Below, piece by piece: positions 19,219 through 27,423 of a stretch of 29,391 nt of DNA (position 1 is its first letter; each line of letters starts with the position of its first letter). Position numbers and translations under genes: made by a program. Under the pieces are notes generated by a model, which worked only from the letters and a program-made list of their open reading frames with translations, made no database searches and was not told where the DNA came from. Source of the stretch: Fimbriimonadales bacterium (GTDB lineage Bacteria; Armatimonadota; Fimbriimonadia; Fimbriimonadales; JABRVX01); assembly GCA_045862955.1 (NCBI GenBank), contig BTVI01000037.1, positions 1 through 29,391 on the forward strand, given 5' to 3'.

Positions 19219-19857
19219 CTATCTGATCGTGCTTGTAGACAGACGCTCAGGAGCCATCAGCCTCGGCGGCGGTTCTCCCCACGGAATGGGAAGGCAGTCC
19301 TCCATTGCCTTTAACTTATTGTACGCCATGTCCGCTCCTCTCATCAGTCTCGACCCATGGGGAGCCACGCACCAGCCTAAGATCTGAGCCGGACTAGGCG
19401 AAGGAAAACTCGTAGGGCCTCTGCGAGCGCACAAGACGGACTGCCCGCCAACGCACACGAGTGCGAGCAGAATGCCCAGCAGCACCGGCACAATGCATCC
19501 CCGCAGACCCGAGGTCCGAAGGATCCAATAGGCACCCGACGTCAGGTTCTCGACCACCACGACTCTGTCGTTGCGAAAGGCGAGCAGCACCAAGTCTCCT
19601 CGACCCAGTTCGATCTCGCTCCCTGCATGGTCTCTGAACAAGAAGACCCTTCCCAGGCGTGAACCGCTGAGAATCACGGCGTGCGTTGACTTGTCTCCTG
19701 CTCGCCGCTCCCACGCCATGGCCACGGTGCCCGCGTAAGCTCGGAACACTGCATCGCACTTTCCGCACCGGTAGTACGTCGTCTCAGCCGGTCTTACCTC
19801 CGCTGCCATCTCGGCATGACACTCGGGGCACACGAGCCAGCTATCGCTTGCCGTCAC
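19219..19857 (-). CDS. Hypothetical zinc-ribbon membrane protein
   Basis: CPEC..CGKC at the N-terminus, a beta-rich middle and one TM helix (IVPVLLGILLALVCV). GGGGA RBS before GTG. The C-terminal tail overlaps the riboswitch. Confidence 0.7.
   Translation of the reverse strand: MTASDSWLVCPECHAEMAAEVRPAETTYYRCGKCDAVFRAYAGTVAMAWERRAGDKSTHAVILSGSRLGRVFLFRDHAGSEIELGRGDLVLLAFRNDRVVVVENLTSGAYWILRTSGLRGCIVPVLLGILLALVCVGGQSVLCARRGPTSFPSPSPAQILGWCVAPHGSRLMRGADMAYNKLKAMEDCLPIPWGEPPPRLMAPERLSTSTIR
19248..19311 (-). ncRNA. Fluoride riboswitch (crcB motif), variant
   Basis: Minus strand AAGGCAATGGAGGACTGCCTT...GAACCGCCGCCGAGGCTGATGGCTCCTG. P1 is AAGGCA/TGCCTT, with an AACC linker, a GCC/GGC stem, GCTGATG, and the GGAG/CTCC pseudoknot. 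It starts ~7 nt after a TACAAT -10. Confidence 0.8.
19318..19323 (-). promoter_or_regulatory. -10 element (TACAAT) for the riboswitch-dynamin transcript
   Basis: AT-rich patch positioned so that +1 falls at the aptamer 5' end. Confidence 0.6.
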
Positions 19858-19923
19858 GAGTTCCCCCGAGATTCGGTGGCTTGGGTGGCGGCATCCGTCT
19901 CCGGGAACGTGGTATCACGTGCC

Positions 19924-20301
19924 GTGGCTCTGACATGGTTCTGCCCCTACTGCTGGCGCGAGGTGTCCGAGGACGATGTAGGGTGCCCGCACTGCAACGC
20001 CAATCTTCGCACGCATCTCGACCTTCCGTACCAGCAGAAGCTCGTACTGGCTCTGAAGCACCCTCTGGCGCAGACGAGGATGACCGTCATTCGCTTGCTG
20101 GGCGAGCTCGGAGCTAAGGATGCCGTACCTGCTCTGGCGGAGCGCTTCAGCGAGACGAGCGATTACTACGAGCTGCGAGCCATCCTGACTGCGGCCCATA
20201 AGATCGAGGGAGACGAAGCTGCGGCACTGATTCGCGGTGCCCTGGATCACCCTTCCGCCCTGGTTCGTAGAGTGGCGCAGGCACTGCTCGAAGGGGAGTG
20301 A
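19924..20301 (+). CDS. Zinc-ribbon plus HEAT-repeat protein
   Basis: FCPYCW..CPHC followed by HEAT-like repeats (ALKHP..RMTVIRLLGELGAKDAVPAL; ALDHPSALVRRVAQALL). The start is uncertain. Confidence 0.85.
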   Translation: MALTWFCPYCWREVSEDDVGCPHCNANLRTHLDLPYQQKLVLALKHPLAQTRMTVIRLLGELGAKDAVPALAERFSETSDYYELRAILTAAHKIEGDEAAALIRGALDHPSALVRRVAQALLEGE

Positions 20302-20312
20302 GCGAGCCTCCA

Positions 20313-20954
20313 TCACCTCCGGCCCTCGTCCGCGACCGTTCTGGGCTGGCCACAGAGCTTCCTGAGCGCCTGCTTCCAGCTTCCCACCTCATCTCCCCAA
20401 GGCTCTCTCTGGTAACGATAGTCGTGGTGCCGGATAACGAGTTCTAGGGCTTCTGTCAGCGAGGCGAGTTTCGAGCGCTCGACCTTCGCGACCCACTCGG
20501 CGGTACCAGCATCGCAAAGCCGCAATAGCTCGGACAGGTGGGGGATGCAGAGCCCCTCCGAGGCCTCGTAGCGCGCACGCCAGGCAGGCTGGACTAGCAG
20601 CCGAGCCAGGTCCGCGCAGGTGCGCTTGGCGTGGTCCTCCATATCGGCGCAGATCGGGCATCGCCGGGTCGTCCGTCGTCCTCGGCCCAACTGCTGCACC
20701 TCGTGTAAGAGCAAGTCCTTGGCGATGATGGAGAGACCGAGCGGGTCGCCGAGCGTGATGTAATCCTCGAGGTGTGCGGTGCATAGGCCCCCCGAGTGCC
20801 GCAAGCGTGCTCGAACTGCCTCGTCGTTGACAAGTTCGTGAAACTGCGTTTCGATGCGCCGCTGGGCAGCAGCGCGAATCACCGTGCAGACTGGGCACCC
20901 CTCGTCCGACATCGCCTGTAGCAGGTCATCACGCAGGGGGCCGGTGTAGCTCAT
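20313..20954 (-). CDS. DUF6062-like protein (duplicated CPxC...GLCxxH zinc-binding module)
   Basis: GCPVC..GGLCTAH, CPIC..EGLCIPH and HDYRY..PWGDEVGSW. ATGA overlap with the upstream gene. Confidence 0.8.
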   Translation of the reverse strand: MSYTGPLRDDLLQAMSDEGCPVCTVIRAAAQRRIETQFHELVNDEAVRARLRHSGGLCTAHLEDYITLGDPLGLSIIAKDLLLHEVQQLGRGRRTTRRCPICADMEDHAKRTCADLARLLVQPAWRARYEASEGLCIPHLSELLRLCDAGTAEWVAKVERSKLASLTEALELVIRHHDYRYQREPWGDEVGSWKQALRKLCGQPRTVADEGRR

Positions 20955-21397
20955 TCATCCTTCCCTTCGGCCAGAAGGGCGGCCAGCCTGTCCGCAATGT
21001 CCCCGAATCTGTCTACCGCCTGTTGCAGCCGCTCGCAGGCGTGTGAGGGCGGGGACCCGTAGCGCTTTGCAACGCGTTGGGGCAGCAGTTCCGCATCAGC
21101 CTCATCATGCAGACCTTGGATCAGGACCCGAAGCCTTGCACGGGTGGTGTCTTCGGGCAGCGATGGACTGCCTTGGCCGCCGAAGAGGTCGCGGACAAGC
21201 CGGGTGAGTTCGCCAGAGAGCTCTTCGAGCATCTCGACGCACGCGCGGGGATCGCTCAGGGGAATGAAGATGCGGCCCCCATTGAGGGCATACCCGAGCG
21301 TAGCCATCATCTCCGCCTGCTCGAGTCGGCTCTGCAGGTATCTGCACGTGCTAAGAACGTGCAGGGCCCACGGCTCGGAGCTGTACTCGCTCATCAT
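20951..21397 (-). CDS. Hypothetical small all-helical protein
   Basis: 148-aa ORF of amphipathic helices directly downstream of a riboswitch and translationally coupled to DUF6062. Confidence 0.8.
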   Translation of the reverse strand: MMSEYSSEPWALHVLSTCRYLQSRLEQAEMMATLGYALNGGRIFIPLSDPRACVEMLEELSGELTRLVRDLFGGQGSPSLPEDTTRARLRVLIQGLHDEADAELLPQRVAKRYGSPPSHACERLQQAVDRFGDIADRLAALLAEGKDE

Positions 21398-21418
21398 CCA
21401 CCCCGCATCTGGCTCTCT

Positions 21419-21474
21419 GCAGGAGCTATCAGCAGGATCGCGGTTCAGCAGACGGCTCGGCGAGCTCCATCACC
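21419..21474 (-). ncRNA. Fluoride riboswitch (crcB motif), canonical
   Basis: Minus strand GGTGATGGAGCTCGCC-gagccgtctgct-GAACCGC-gatcct-GCTGATAGCTCCTGC. P1 is GGTGA/TCGCC, the pseudoknot is GGAGC/GCTCC, and AACCGC and GCTGAT are conserved. TAGAAT -10 at 21492-21497. Confidence 0.9.
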
Positions 21475-21520
21475 GGGTAGAGACCACCAGGATTCTACTC
21501 GATTCGCGCCTAAATGCAGC

Positions 21521-21964
21521 CTAGTAACTCATCAGCTTGGTACCCAGGTCCATCATCTTGTCCACCATTCCGGGATCGCCCGGCTTAGTGCCTTCGATCC
21601 AGCCGCTCATCGGTGTGATGCCGGCGCGCGTGCTGCACATGCCGCACACGTACACCTCGATGCCGTGGCTCATCGCCTTGCGAAGTGACTTCTGGGATTT
21701 AGCGAGCGCGCTCGGCACCTTCTTGGCGGCAGTGCGCACTCCGCGCACCTGGTAGAAGAGGGTGACGTCGTAGCCACGGCTCTTGGTGGCCTCGGCGTAG
21801 CTGATGGCCATTTCGTTCGCCCAGGGGTCGTCGGTCGTCACGGTTATGAAAAGCCGTCCCTTCCCGGAGCCTGCACCCTGGGCAGTCGCTCCTACCACGA
21901 TTGCCAGCGTGACCGCAGCACACGCGAGCAGGCCCAGGATCAAGGGGGTAAGTGTCTTCATCAT
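21521..21964 (-). CDS. Exported DsrE/DsrF-like family protein
   Basis: Signal peptide, DVTLFYQVRGV and GIEVYVCGMC. Start moved to ATG 21964, which has a GAAAGGGA RBS. Confidence 0.8.
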   Translation of the reverse strand: MMKTLTPLILGLLACAAVTLAIVVGATAQGAGSGKGRLFITVTTDDPWANEMAISYAEATKSRGYDVTLFYQVRGVRTAAKKVPSALAKSQKSLRKAMSHGIEVYVCGMCSTRAGITPMSGWIEGTKPGDPGMVDKMMDLGTKLMSY

Positions 21965-22094
21965 ACTTTCCCTTTCGACGGTCTGCCCCCGAGCCTCCTT
22001 CGTCAGAGGCTCGGAGCAGCGAGCGATAGCGACGTCCAGGTGGGTTGCCTCGTAGACTCCAGTACTGTCAGAAACGGTATCCAGGAGGCAATCC

Positions 22095-22703
22095 ATGACG
22101 AGACATTTCGCTCTCTTCGTTACTGTCGCGGCGGCCATCAATGCTTGCCAGGGTCTTGCGCAAACCAAGACGTTCACGGTGGGAGATGGTGGTGGCAAGG
22201 TGCCCCAGTCCGTCGTTGTCGAGAGCGTCGCCCAGTTCGAGAACTTCACGGGCAAGACTAACAAGGTCACGGGAACTCTGAAGATCGATCCGGCCAAAAA
22301 AACGGGAAGCGGCAAAGTAGTGATCGACGTCGCCAGTATCGACACGGGAATCCCGTTGCGGAACGAGCACATGCGCAGCGAGATGTGGCTGGACACGACG
22401 AAGTACCCACAGGCCGTGTTCGAGGCAACCAGCGTCAAGCATAAGACGGGCGACGTCTACACGGTCAGCGGAAAGCTCACCTTCCACGGCGTGACCAAAG
22501 CTATCACCACGGAAGTGACCGGCAAGTATGTCAAGGCGAACGAGCAGACCCGCAAGGCCGGGTTCAAGGGAGACGTCGTCAGGCTGCGGGGGTCATTCGA
22601 CCTCAAACTTGCAGACTACGGCGTCAAGATACCTGAGCGAGCAGTGGGCAAAGTCGCTGAAACCGTGAAGATCAGTTTCGACTTCTACGGGTATACAGGC
22701 TAG
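22095..22703 (+). CDS. YceI family protein
   Basis: Signal peptide, IDVASIDTGIPLRNEHMRS, GKLTFHGVTK and DYGVK. AGGAGG RBS. Confidence 0.95.
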   Translation: MTRHFALFVTVAAAINACQGLAQTKTFTVGDGGGKVPQSVVVESVAQFENFTGKTNKVTGTLKIDPAKKTGSGKVVIDVASIDTGIPLRNEHMRSEMWLDTTKYPQAVFEATSVKHKTGDVYTVSGKLTFHGVTKAITTEVTGKYVKANEQTRKAGFKGDVVRLRGSFDLKLADYGVKIPERAVGKVAETVKISFDFYGYTG

Positions 22704-22709
22704 CAAGCC

Positions 22710-23132
22710 TTGAAGACCGTTGCGCGACTCTCTCGGGTCTTGGCAATCTTGTGCGCCGTCATCCTAGCCCTGGTGCTTGTCGTCGTGCCCCAGATCGCGT
22801 CGAGGGCAGTCCTTGCACAGCGGGTTCGTGTGCCGAGCGGCGAGATAGCAGCCATTTTCGGGGATGAGCCGACTCCGGTCGGCTCCCCCCAGAAGCTGAT
22901 CATCACCGACGAGAAGGCGTTCCTGCCTGGCAGGATCGAGGGGGGTGTTCGCTTAGTGGACGAGGGCTACCTGGAGCGCACCGGCACCTATCCGTTGCAG
23001 CTCAAGACCGTCCAGTTCCTCGGCAGCCTCGTGGGTTGGGGCAGCGCCACTGGCCTCGTGGTATTCGGCTTGGTCGCCTTCTCTGCAGGCCGCAGGGCTC
23101 GAGCCAACCCGTCCGGCGACTCGAGCCCCTGA
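22710..23132 (+). CDS. Hypothetical membrane protein (two TM segments)
   Basis: N- and C-terminal hydrophobic helices. Starts 6 nt after yceI on the same strand. Confidence 0.7.
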   Translation: MKTVARLSRVLAILCAVILALVLVVVPQIASRAVLAQRVRVPSGEIAAIFGDEPTPVGSPQKLIITDEKAFLPGRIEGGVRLVDEGYLERTGTYPLQLKTVQFLGSLVGWGSATGLVVFGLVAFSAGRRARANPSGDSSP

Positions 23133-23162
23133 AACGGTGTAAGACTTCGTCAGCGAACTCAC

Positions 23163-24455
23163 CTACGACCCCGGCCCGGACGATCCGAAGTTCGTCAGCA
23201 CGGTGTTCAAGTCATAGAGATCCGTTGTCCGACTTGCGTCGAAGTCATCGAAATATCGCAGATCTTCGGACACCGGAGCCGTGGTCGCGCTCAATCCGAA
23301 GGTCACCAGAGCCCGGTTCAGGTCCGAGATGTCTACCGAGCCGCTCAGGTCGCTGTCACCGGCTATCAGCACGAAGGTGCCCAGCGCCTGTGACGGCCCG
23401 GCCACGCTGACTCCGTCCATGCGGACGCCCAGGAACGGTACACCGAAGCCGTGAGCCTGTGACTGCTCTGACACCACCGCATCCGCCGCGCCGTAGATGC
23501 CGAATCGCCCGACGATGTAGCTCACCGGCTTCAGAACAATGTCGTAGACCCCGGGTTGGACCGGACCAACCGAGAAGCCACCGTTCGCGTTCACGGGGAA
23601 GGTGAAGACGTTGCATATCTTGCCGGTGGCCGGGTCGAGCAGGCGCAACTCGTATACCTGCGGCTTGCCGTCTGACAGAGCCTTCGATGCACCGAGCGAC
23701 CAGCCGCTAAGCGCAATCGTGCCCGTGAGCGTGGTTCCCCCGCCTCCCACGTTCAGCAGAGTAAAGTACGGTTGGTACAAGTCGTTCGGGTGTGGCCCCG
23801 CAGCGGGATACACGGTCGAATAGAGCCCGCCCGGCCCGAAGTTAGGCATTCGCGTGTCGTCTGGTGAGATGGATTCGGCAGTCCACGAGGAGCCGCTGGT
23901 GGTGCGCCGGTAATTGTAGGGCAACTTCGGACCACCCGGTGCCCCCGCGTACCACACGATCTCGCCGACGAGCGAGTAGAAGGTGAACCAATAGTCGCCG
24001 GCCGACAGGGTCACGGCGGTGATCGGGACTCGTACGTAGCTATCCGCAACGAAGCCGTTGGCAAATATGTGCCGGCGGGGATAAAGGCTGCTGAGCGTAC
24101 CGTTTCCACTCGCTATCACTGTGCCAGGGGCACCTCCGGGGCCGTCCGCGCGATAGATGCGCCAGCGGTAGTCCGTCGGCGTCGGCGAACCGGCGTAGTA
24201 CGCCACCTCGAACGCGTTCACCGTGTCGGCGTTCGCCAGGTGGAACGCGCCGGCGGTCCATCGCTCGGGGTAGTTGCCACCCTGGGTCTGCTTCCCAGAG
24301 ATGAAGCCGAAGCGCAGCAGCGTCGGGTTTTGGGGGTTCACGGTGGTGGCGTCCAGGGCTGGCGTCGGCGCCCCAGTCGAGTACACGACCCGATCTTGGG
24401 CTAAGCACGAAACCGTCCAACAGACAAGGACTGCAGCGGCAAGCACTCTCATCAC
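23163..24455 (-). CDS. Secreted protein with C-terminal dockerin-like/EF-hand repeat pair
   Basis: Signal peptide and C-terminal GDSDLSGSVDISDLN..FG and DFDASRTTDLYDLN..NFG. GGAGG RBS. Confidence 0.85.
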   Translation of the reverse strand: MMRVLAAAVLVCWTVSCLAQDRVVYSTGAPTPALDATTVNPQNPTLLRFGFISGKQTQGGNYPERWTAGAFHLANADTVNAFEVAYYAGSPTPTDYRWRIYRADGPGGAPGTVIASGNGTLSSLYPRRHIFANGFVADSYVRVPITAVTLSAGDYWFTFYSLVGEIVWYAGAPGGPKLPYNYRRTTSGSSWTAESISPDDTRMPNFGPGGLYSTVYPAAGPHPNDLYQPYFTLLNVGGGGTTLTGTIALSGWSLGASKALSDGKPQVYELRLLDPATGKICNVFTFPVNANGGFSVGPVQPGVYDIVLKPVSYIVGRFGIYGAADAVVSEQSQAHGFGVPFLGVRMDGVSVAGPSQALGTFVLIAGDSDLSGSVDISDLNRALVTFGLSATTAPVSEDLRYFDDFDASRTTDLYDLNTVLTNFGSSGPGS

Positions 24456-24498
24456 GATCAGCCTCCATACGAGCGGTGCGACGGCCTGCGCGGAAAAC

Positions 24499-25845
24499 CT
24501 AGCGGCTGGGACCTGTCTGCGCGAAGTTCACGAGAATCGTGCTCATGTCCTGCACGCCCAGCACTCCGTCCCCGTTGCAGTCGCGTGCTACCACGTAGGT
24601 TTCCCACAGCGGGGGGCAGTCGCCGAAAATGGTCTGTCCCCAATGGATAACCGCAGTATTGAGATCGGATATCCCGATTGTGCAGTCCAGATCGGTGTCG
24701 CCGTTTCGCAGCACGATGTCCCCGAGGTCCCGCGTCCCCCCGGTCAGCGTCACTAAGCCTAAGTCGGCCGGCACGAACGGGTGGCCCATACCCGCCACGT
24801 AAGGCTGCTGATACGTGTTCACGCCGTCGCTGCAGGAGAAGCGCCCGATGACCCAGTGACGCGGATACACCCGAACTAGGTAGGTGCCGTTGCGCACCTT
24901 CGAGGTGGTGAAACGACCGTCTAGAGAAAGGTTAACGGTTTCGACGATCTGAGTCTCCTCTGTGACCGGGTCCACGAAAACGATATCGAACGCCTGAGGG
25001 TTGGCAGTCGAACCTGGCAACGTGTACACGGGAGGCTCTGGCCAGGAAGGAACCTGAATGCAACCGGTCACGACCGTGCCATCGAAGCCAGAGGTGTCTA
25101 CTAGAGCGAAGCAGATATGATAAAGGTCCCGTCCCTGCTGCTCATTCGCCGTCCAGCCCGAATAGTCGTAGGGCGCCGAGGGGCCTAGTCTGCTGTAACC
25201 TGCCGTGATATCGGCTCCGAACGAGGGCATGCAGAACATCTTCGTCTCGAACGGAGAATAGTCCGACCCGGCGGTCGTCTTCCGCCACGCGAAGTTCTGC
25301 TTCGAGCCACCAGGCGAGCCCACGTACTGCGGGATGTTGCCGTCTGTGCCGTACACCGTCGCCCAGTACCGGCCGGCGGGCAGGTCGAGTTCGGTATCGA
25401 ATAGGATCGTGCCGGCTCGTGCCGCCTCGAAAGTGTTAGCGAAGGTGCGCGGTGTGGACTGCGCGAGTAGCGACGCGTAGCTACCGCCTCCCTGTGCCAG
25501 AACCGTTCCCGGTCGTCCTCCATCATCGGCATACACCTTCCATCCGTAGCCCGTCGGAATCTGTCCCTCGCGTTCGAAAAAGAAGACCTCGATCGCGTCG
25601 AAGTGGTCGGCTGCCGACAGTACGAACTGGAATACTGACCACCGTTCGTCGAAGCCAGGCACCTTTCCCGAATCCATGCCTACCTTCGTGATGATGGGGT
25701 CAGACCTGTCCGGTGGGCCCGTGCGGGCGTCCAGAACCATTGCCGGTGCCCCGGAAGAGGCAACGATCGTCCGCTGAGCCTGACCACCCACGGCGGCCAA
25801 CGCGACAATCGTAGCCGCAAAGCAACTAGACAGCCGTAATCTCAT
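24499..25845 (-). CDS. Secreted protein with C-terminal dockerin-like repeat pair; paralog of 23163-24455
   Basis: Signal peptide, GDTDLDCTIGISDLN..WG and DCNGDGVLGVQDMS..NFA. Motifs are colinear with the neighbouring gene. Confidence 0.85.
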   Translation of the reverse strand: MRLRLSSCFAATIVALAAVGGQAQRTIVASSGAPAMVLDARTGPPDRSDPIITKVGMDSGKVPGFDERWSVFQFVLSAADHFDAIEVFFFEREGQIPTGYGWKVYADDGGRPGTVLAQGGGSYASLLAQSTPRTFANTFEAARAGTILFDTELDLPAGRYWATVYGTDGNIPQYVGSPGGSKQNFAWRKTTAGSDYSPFETKMFCMPSFGADITAGYSRLGPSAPYDYSGWTANEQQGRDLYHICFALVDTSGFDGTVVTGCIQVPSWPEPPVYTLPGSTANPQAFDIVFVDPVTEETQIVETVNLSLDGRFTTSKVRNGTYLVRVYPRHWVIGRFSCSDGVNTYQQPYVAGMGHPFVPADLGLVTLTGGTRDLGDIVLRNGDTDLDCTIGISDLNTAVIHWGQTIFGDCPPLWETYVVARDCNGDGVLGVQDMSTILVNFAQTGPSR

Positions 25846-25898
25846 GTCTCACCGTTCCGCGTCGCCCTGCGCGTGCAGTGCGCGCCCCCGGCTACATG

Positions 25899-26681
25899 TT
25901 ACAGCCGATCTTGTTCACAGGCTAGGTTTCGCAGCACCGAAGCCAGTAGTTTTCCGTTGGTGCTAAGGGCTTCTGGCCGAAAGTAGACGTCCGATCCGTT
26001 CCAGTCCGTGAGTGTCCCGCCCGCCTCGCGCACGATGGGCACGATGGCCGCAATGTCCCAGCGCGAAACTACGGGGTCCGCCATGATCTCCGCCCGACCG
26101 CTCGCCACCAGTACGTGCCCATACGCGTCCGGGAGTGAGCGGCTCTCGTAGCAGGCATCGCGCAAGGCTTCGTATCGCGGTCCTTTGCCGCAGGAGTACA
26201 GCAGCTTGTGATCACCAGTGAGCAGTAGAGCGCGGCCCAGGTCGGCGCACTCCGAAACCCGGATCGGCCTGCCGTTCAGGGTAGCCCCCTGGCCTTCGGC
26301 AGCCGACACCATCTCGTCCAGGGCAGGGAAGTACGCTGCCCCCACGCGTGGCACTCCATCCACCTCGCACGCCACGAGCACCGCATAGGTTGGGATTCCA
26401 CGCACGAAGGCCTTCGTGCCGTCTATCGGGTCCACCACCCATCGCACCGGCGCACCCTCCCGCACCTCGCCGAACTCCTCGCCGCAGATGCCGTGGCTTG
26501 GGTAACGGCGTTCGATGCCCCCTCGAATCAGCGTCTCGGCAGCCCTGTCAGCCTCGGTCACCGGCGTGCTGTCGGCCTTCGTCTCGGCAGACGCCTCTCC
26601 GAAGTAGCCCAATGTAAGCCTGCCGGCCCGATAAGCCAGGTCGGCAGCGACCTCGCGAAGCTCGGCGACGTTCACACGCAT
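25899..26681 (-). CDS. hisN: Histidinol-phosphatase, inositol monophosphatase family
   Basis: KADSTPVTEAD, GEEFG, WVVDPIDGTKAFVRG and WDIAA. The TKAFVRG/DAYG pattern is typical of HisN-type IMPases. Confidence 0.8.
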   Translation of the reverse strand: MRVNVAELREVAADLAYRAGRLTLGYFGEASAETKADSTPVTEADRAAETLIRGGIERRYPSHGICGEEFGEVREGAPVRWVVDPIDGTKAFVRGIPTYAVLVACEVDGVPRVGAAYFPALDEMVSAAEGQGATLNGRPIRVSECADLGRALLLTGDHKLLYSCGKGPRYEALRDACYESRSLPDAYGHVLVASGRAEIMADPVVSRWDIAAIVPIVREAGGTLTDWNGSDVYFRPEALSTNGKLLASVLRNLACEQDRL

Positions 26682-26737
26682 GCGCCTAGCGTACCGCAGC
26701 CGAAGGACCACGCAAGGCGCTGTCGAAACGGCAACCC

Positions 26738-27358
26738 ATGCCCATTCATGTCGTCGAGCACCCTCTCGCTCGCCATCTGCTGGTGCTCCTTCGGGACCGC
26801 CGCACGCAGCCCGACGCCTTTCGGCAGTATTCGGTGCGCCTTACAACCTTGCTAGCCCTCGAGGCGACGCGCAGCCTGGAGACGAGCGAGGTACGGGTGG
26901 AAACACCGCTTTGCGAGGCGTCGGGACAGGTTCTGCGGCAGCCGATCGCCGTCGTGCCGATCCTGCGCGCGGGCCTCGGGATGCTGGAGGCAATCGCGAA
27001 CCTGTTCCCCGAGGTGTCGGTCGGATACATCGGCCTCGAGCGAGACGAGCGCACTGCGGTGGCCAACCACTACTACTGCAAGCTGCCCGAGCTCGATGGC
27101 AAGGCCGTATTGCTTTGCGACCCGATGCTCGCCACCGGTGGGAGCGCCTGCCAGGCCGTTGGGCTGCTTCAGGACGCGGGTGCGGCTTCTGTCCGAATGC
27201 TCTGCGTGGTGGCTGCGCCGCAAGGCGTCGAGAAGCTGTTGGCCGAATGGCCGCAGGTCGAGATCTTCACCGCCGCGTTGGACGATGGGCTGGACGAGCG
27301 CAAGTATATCGTCCCGGGACTCGGCGATTTCGGAGACAGATTGTACGGGACGATGTAA
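26738..27358 (+). CDS. upp: Uracil phosphoribosyltransferase
   Basis: VPILRAGLGM, DPMLATGGS and YIVPGLGDFGDRLYGT. Confidence 0.98.
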   Translation: MPIHVVEHPLARHLLVLLRDRRTQPDAFRQYSVRLTTLLALEATRSLETSEVRVETPLCEASGQVLRQPIAVVPILRAGLGMLEAIANLFPEVSVGYIGLERDERTAVANHYYCKLPELDGKAVLLCDPMLATGGSACQAVGLLQDAGAASVRMLCVVAAPQGVEKLLAEWPQVEIFTAALDDGLDERKYIVPGLGDFGDRLYGTM

Positions 27359-27423
27359 CGTTCTCGGCCCCGAAGGACTCCTATTCAATGGGACATGCCC
27401 GCATGTCCGGAAAGGAGTAACCG

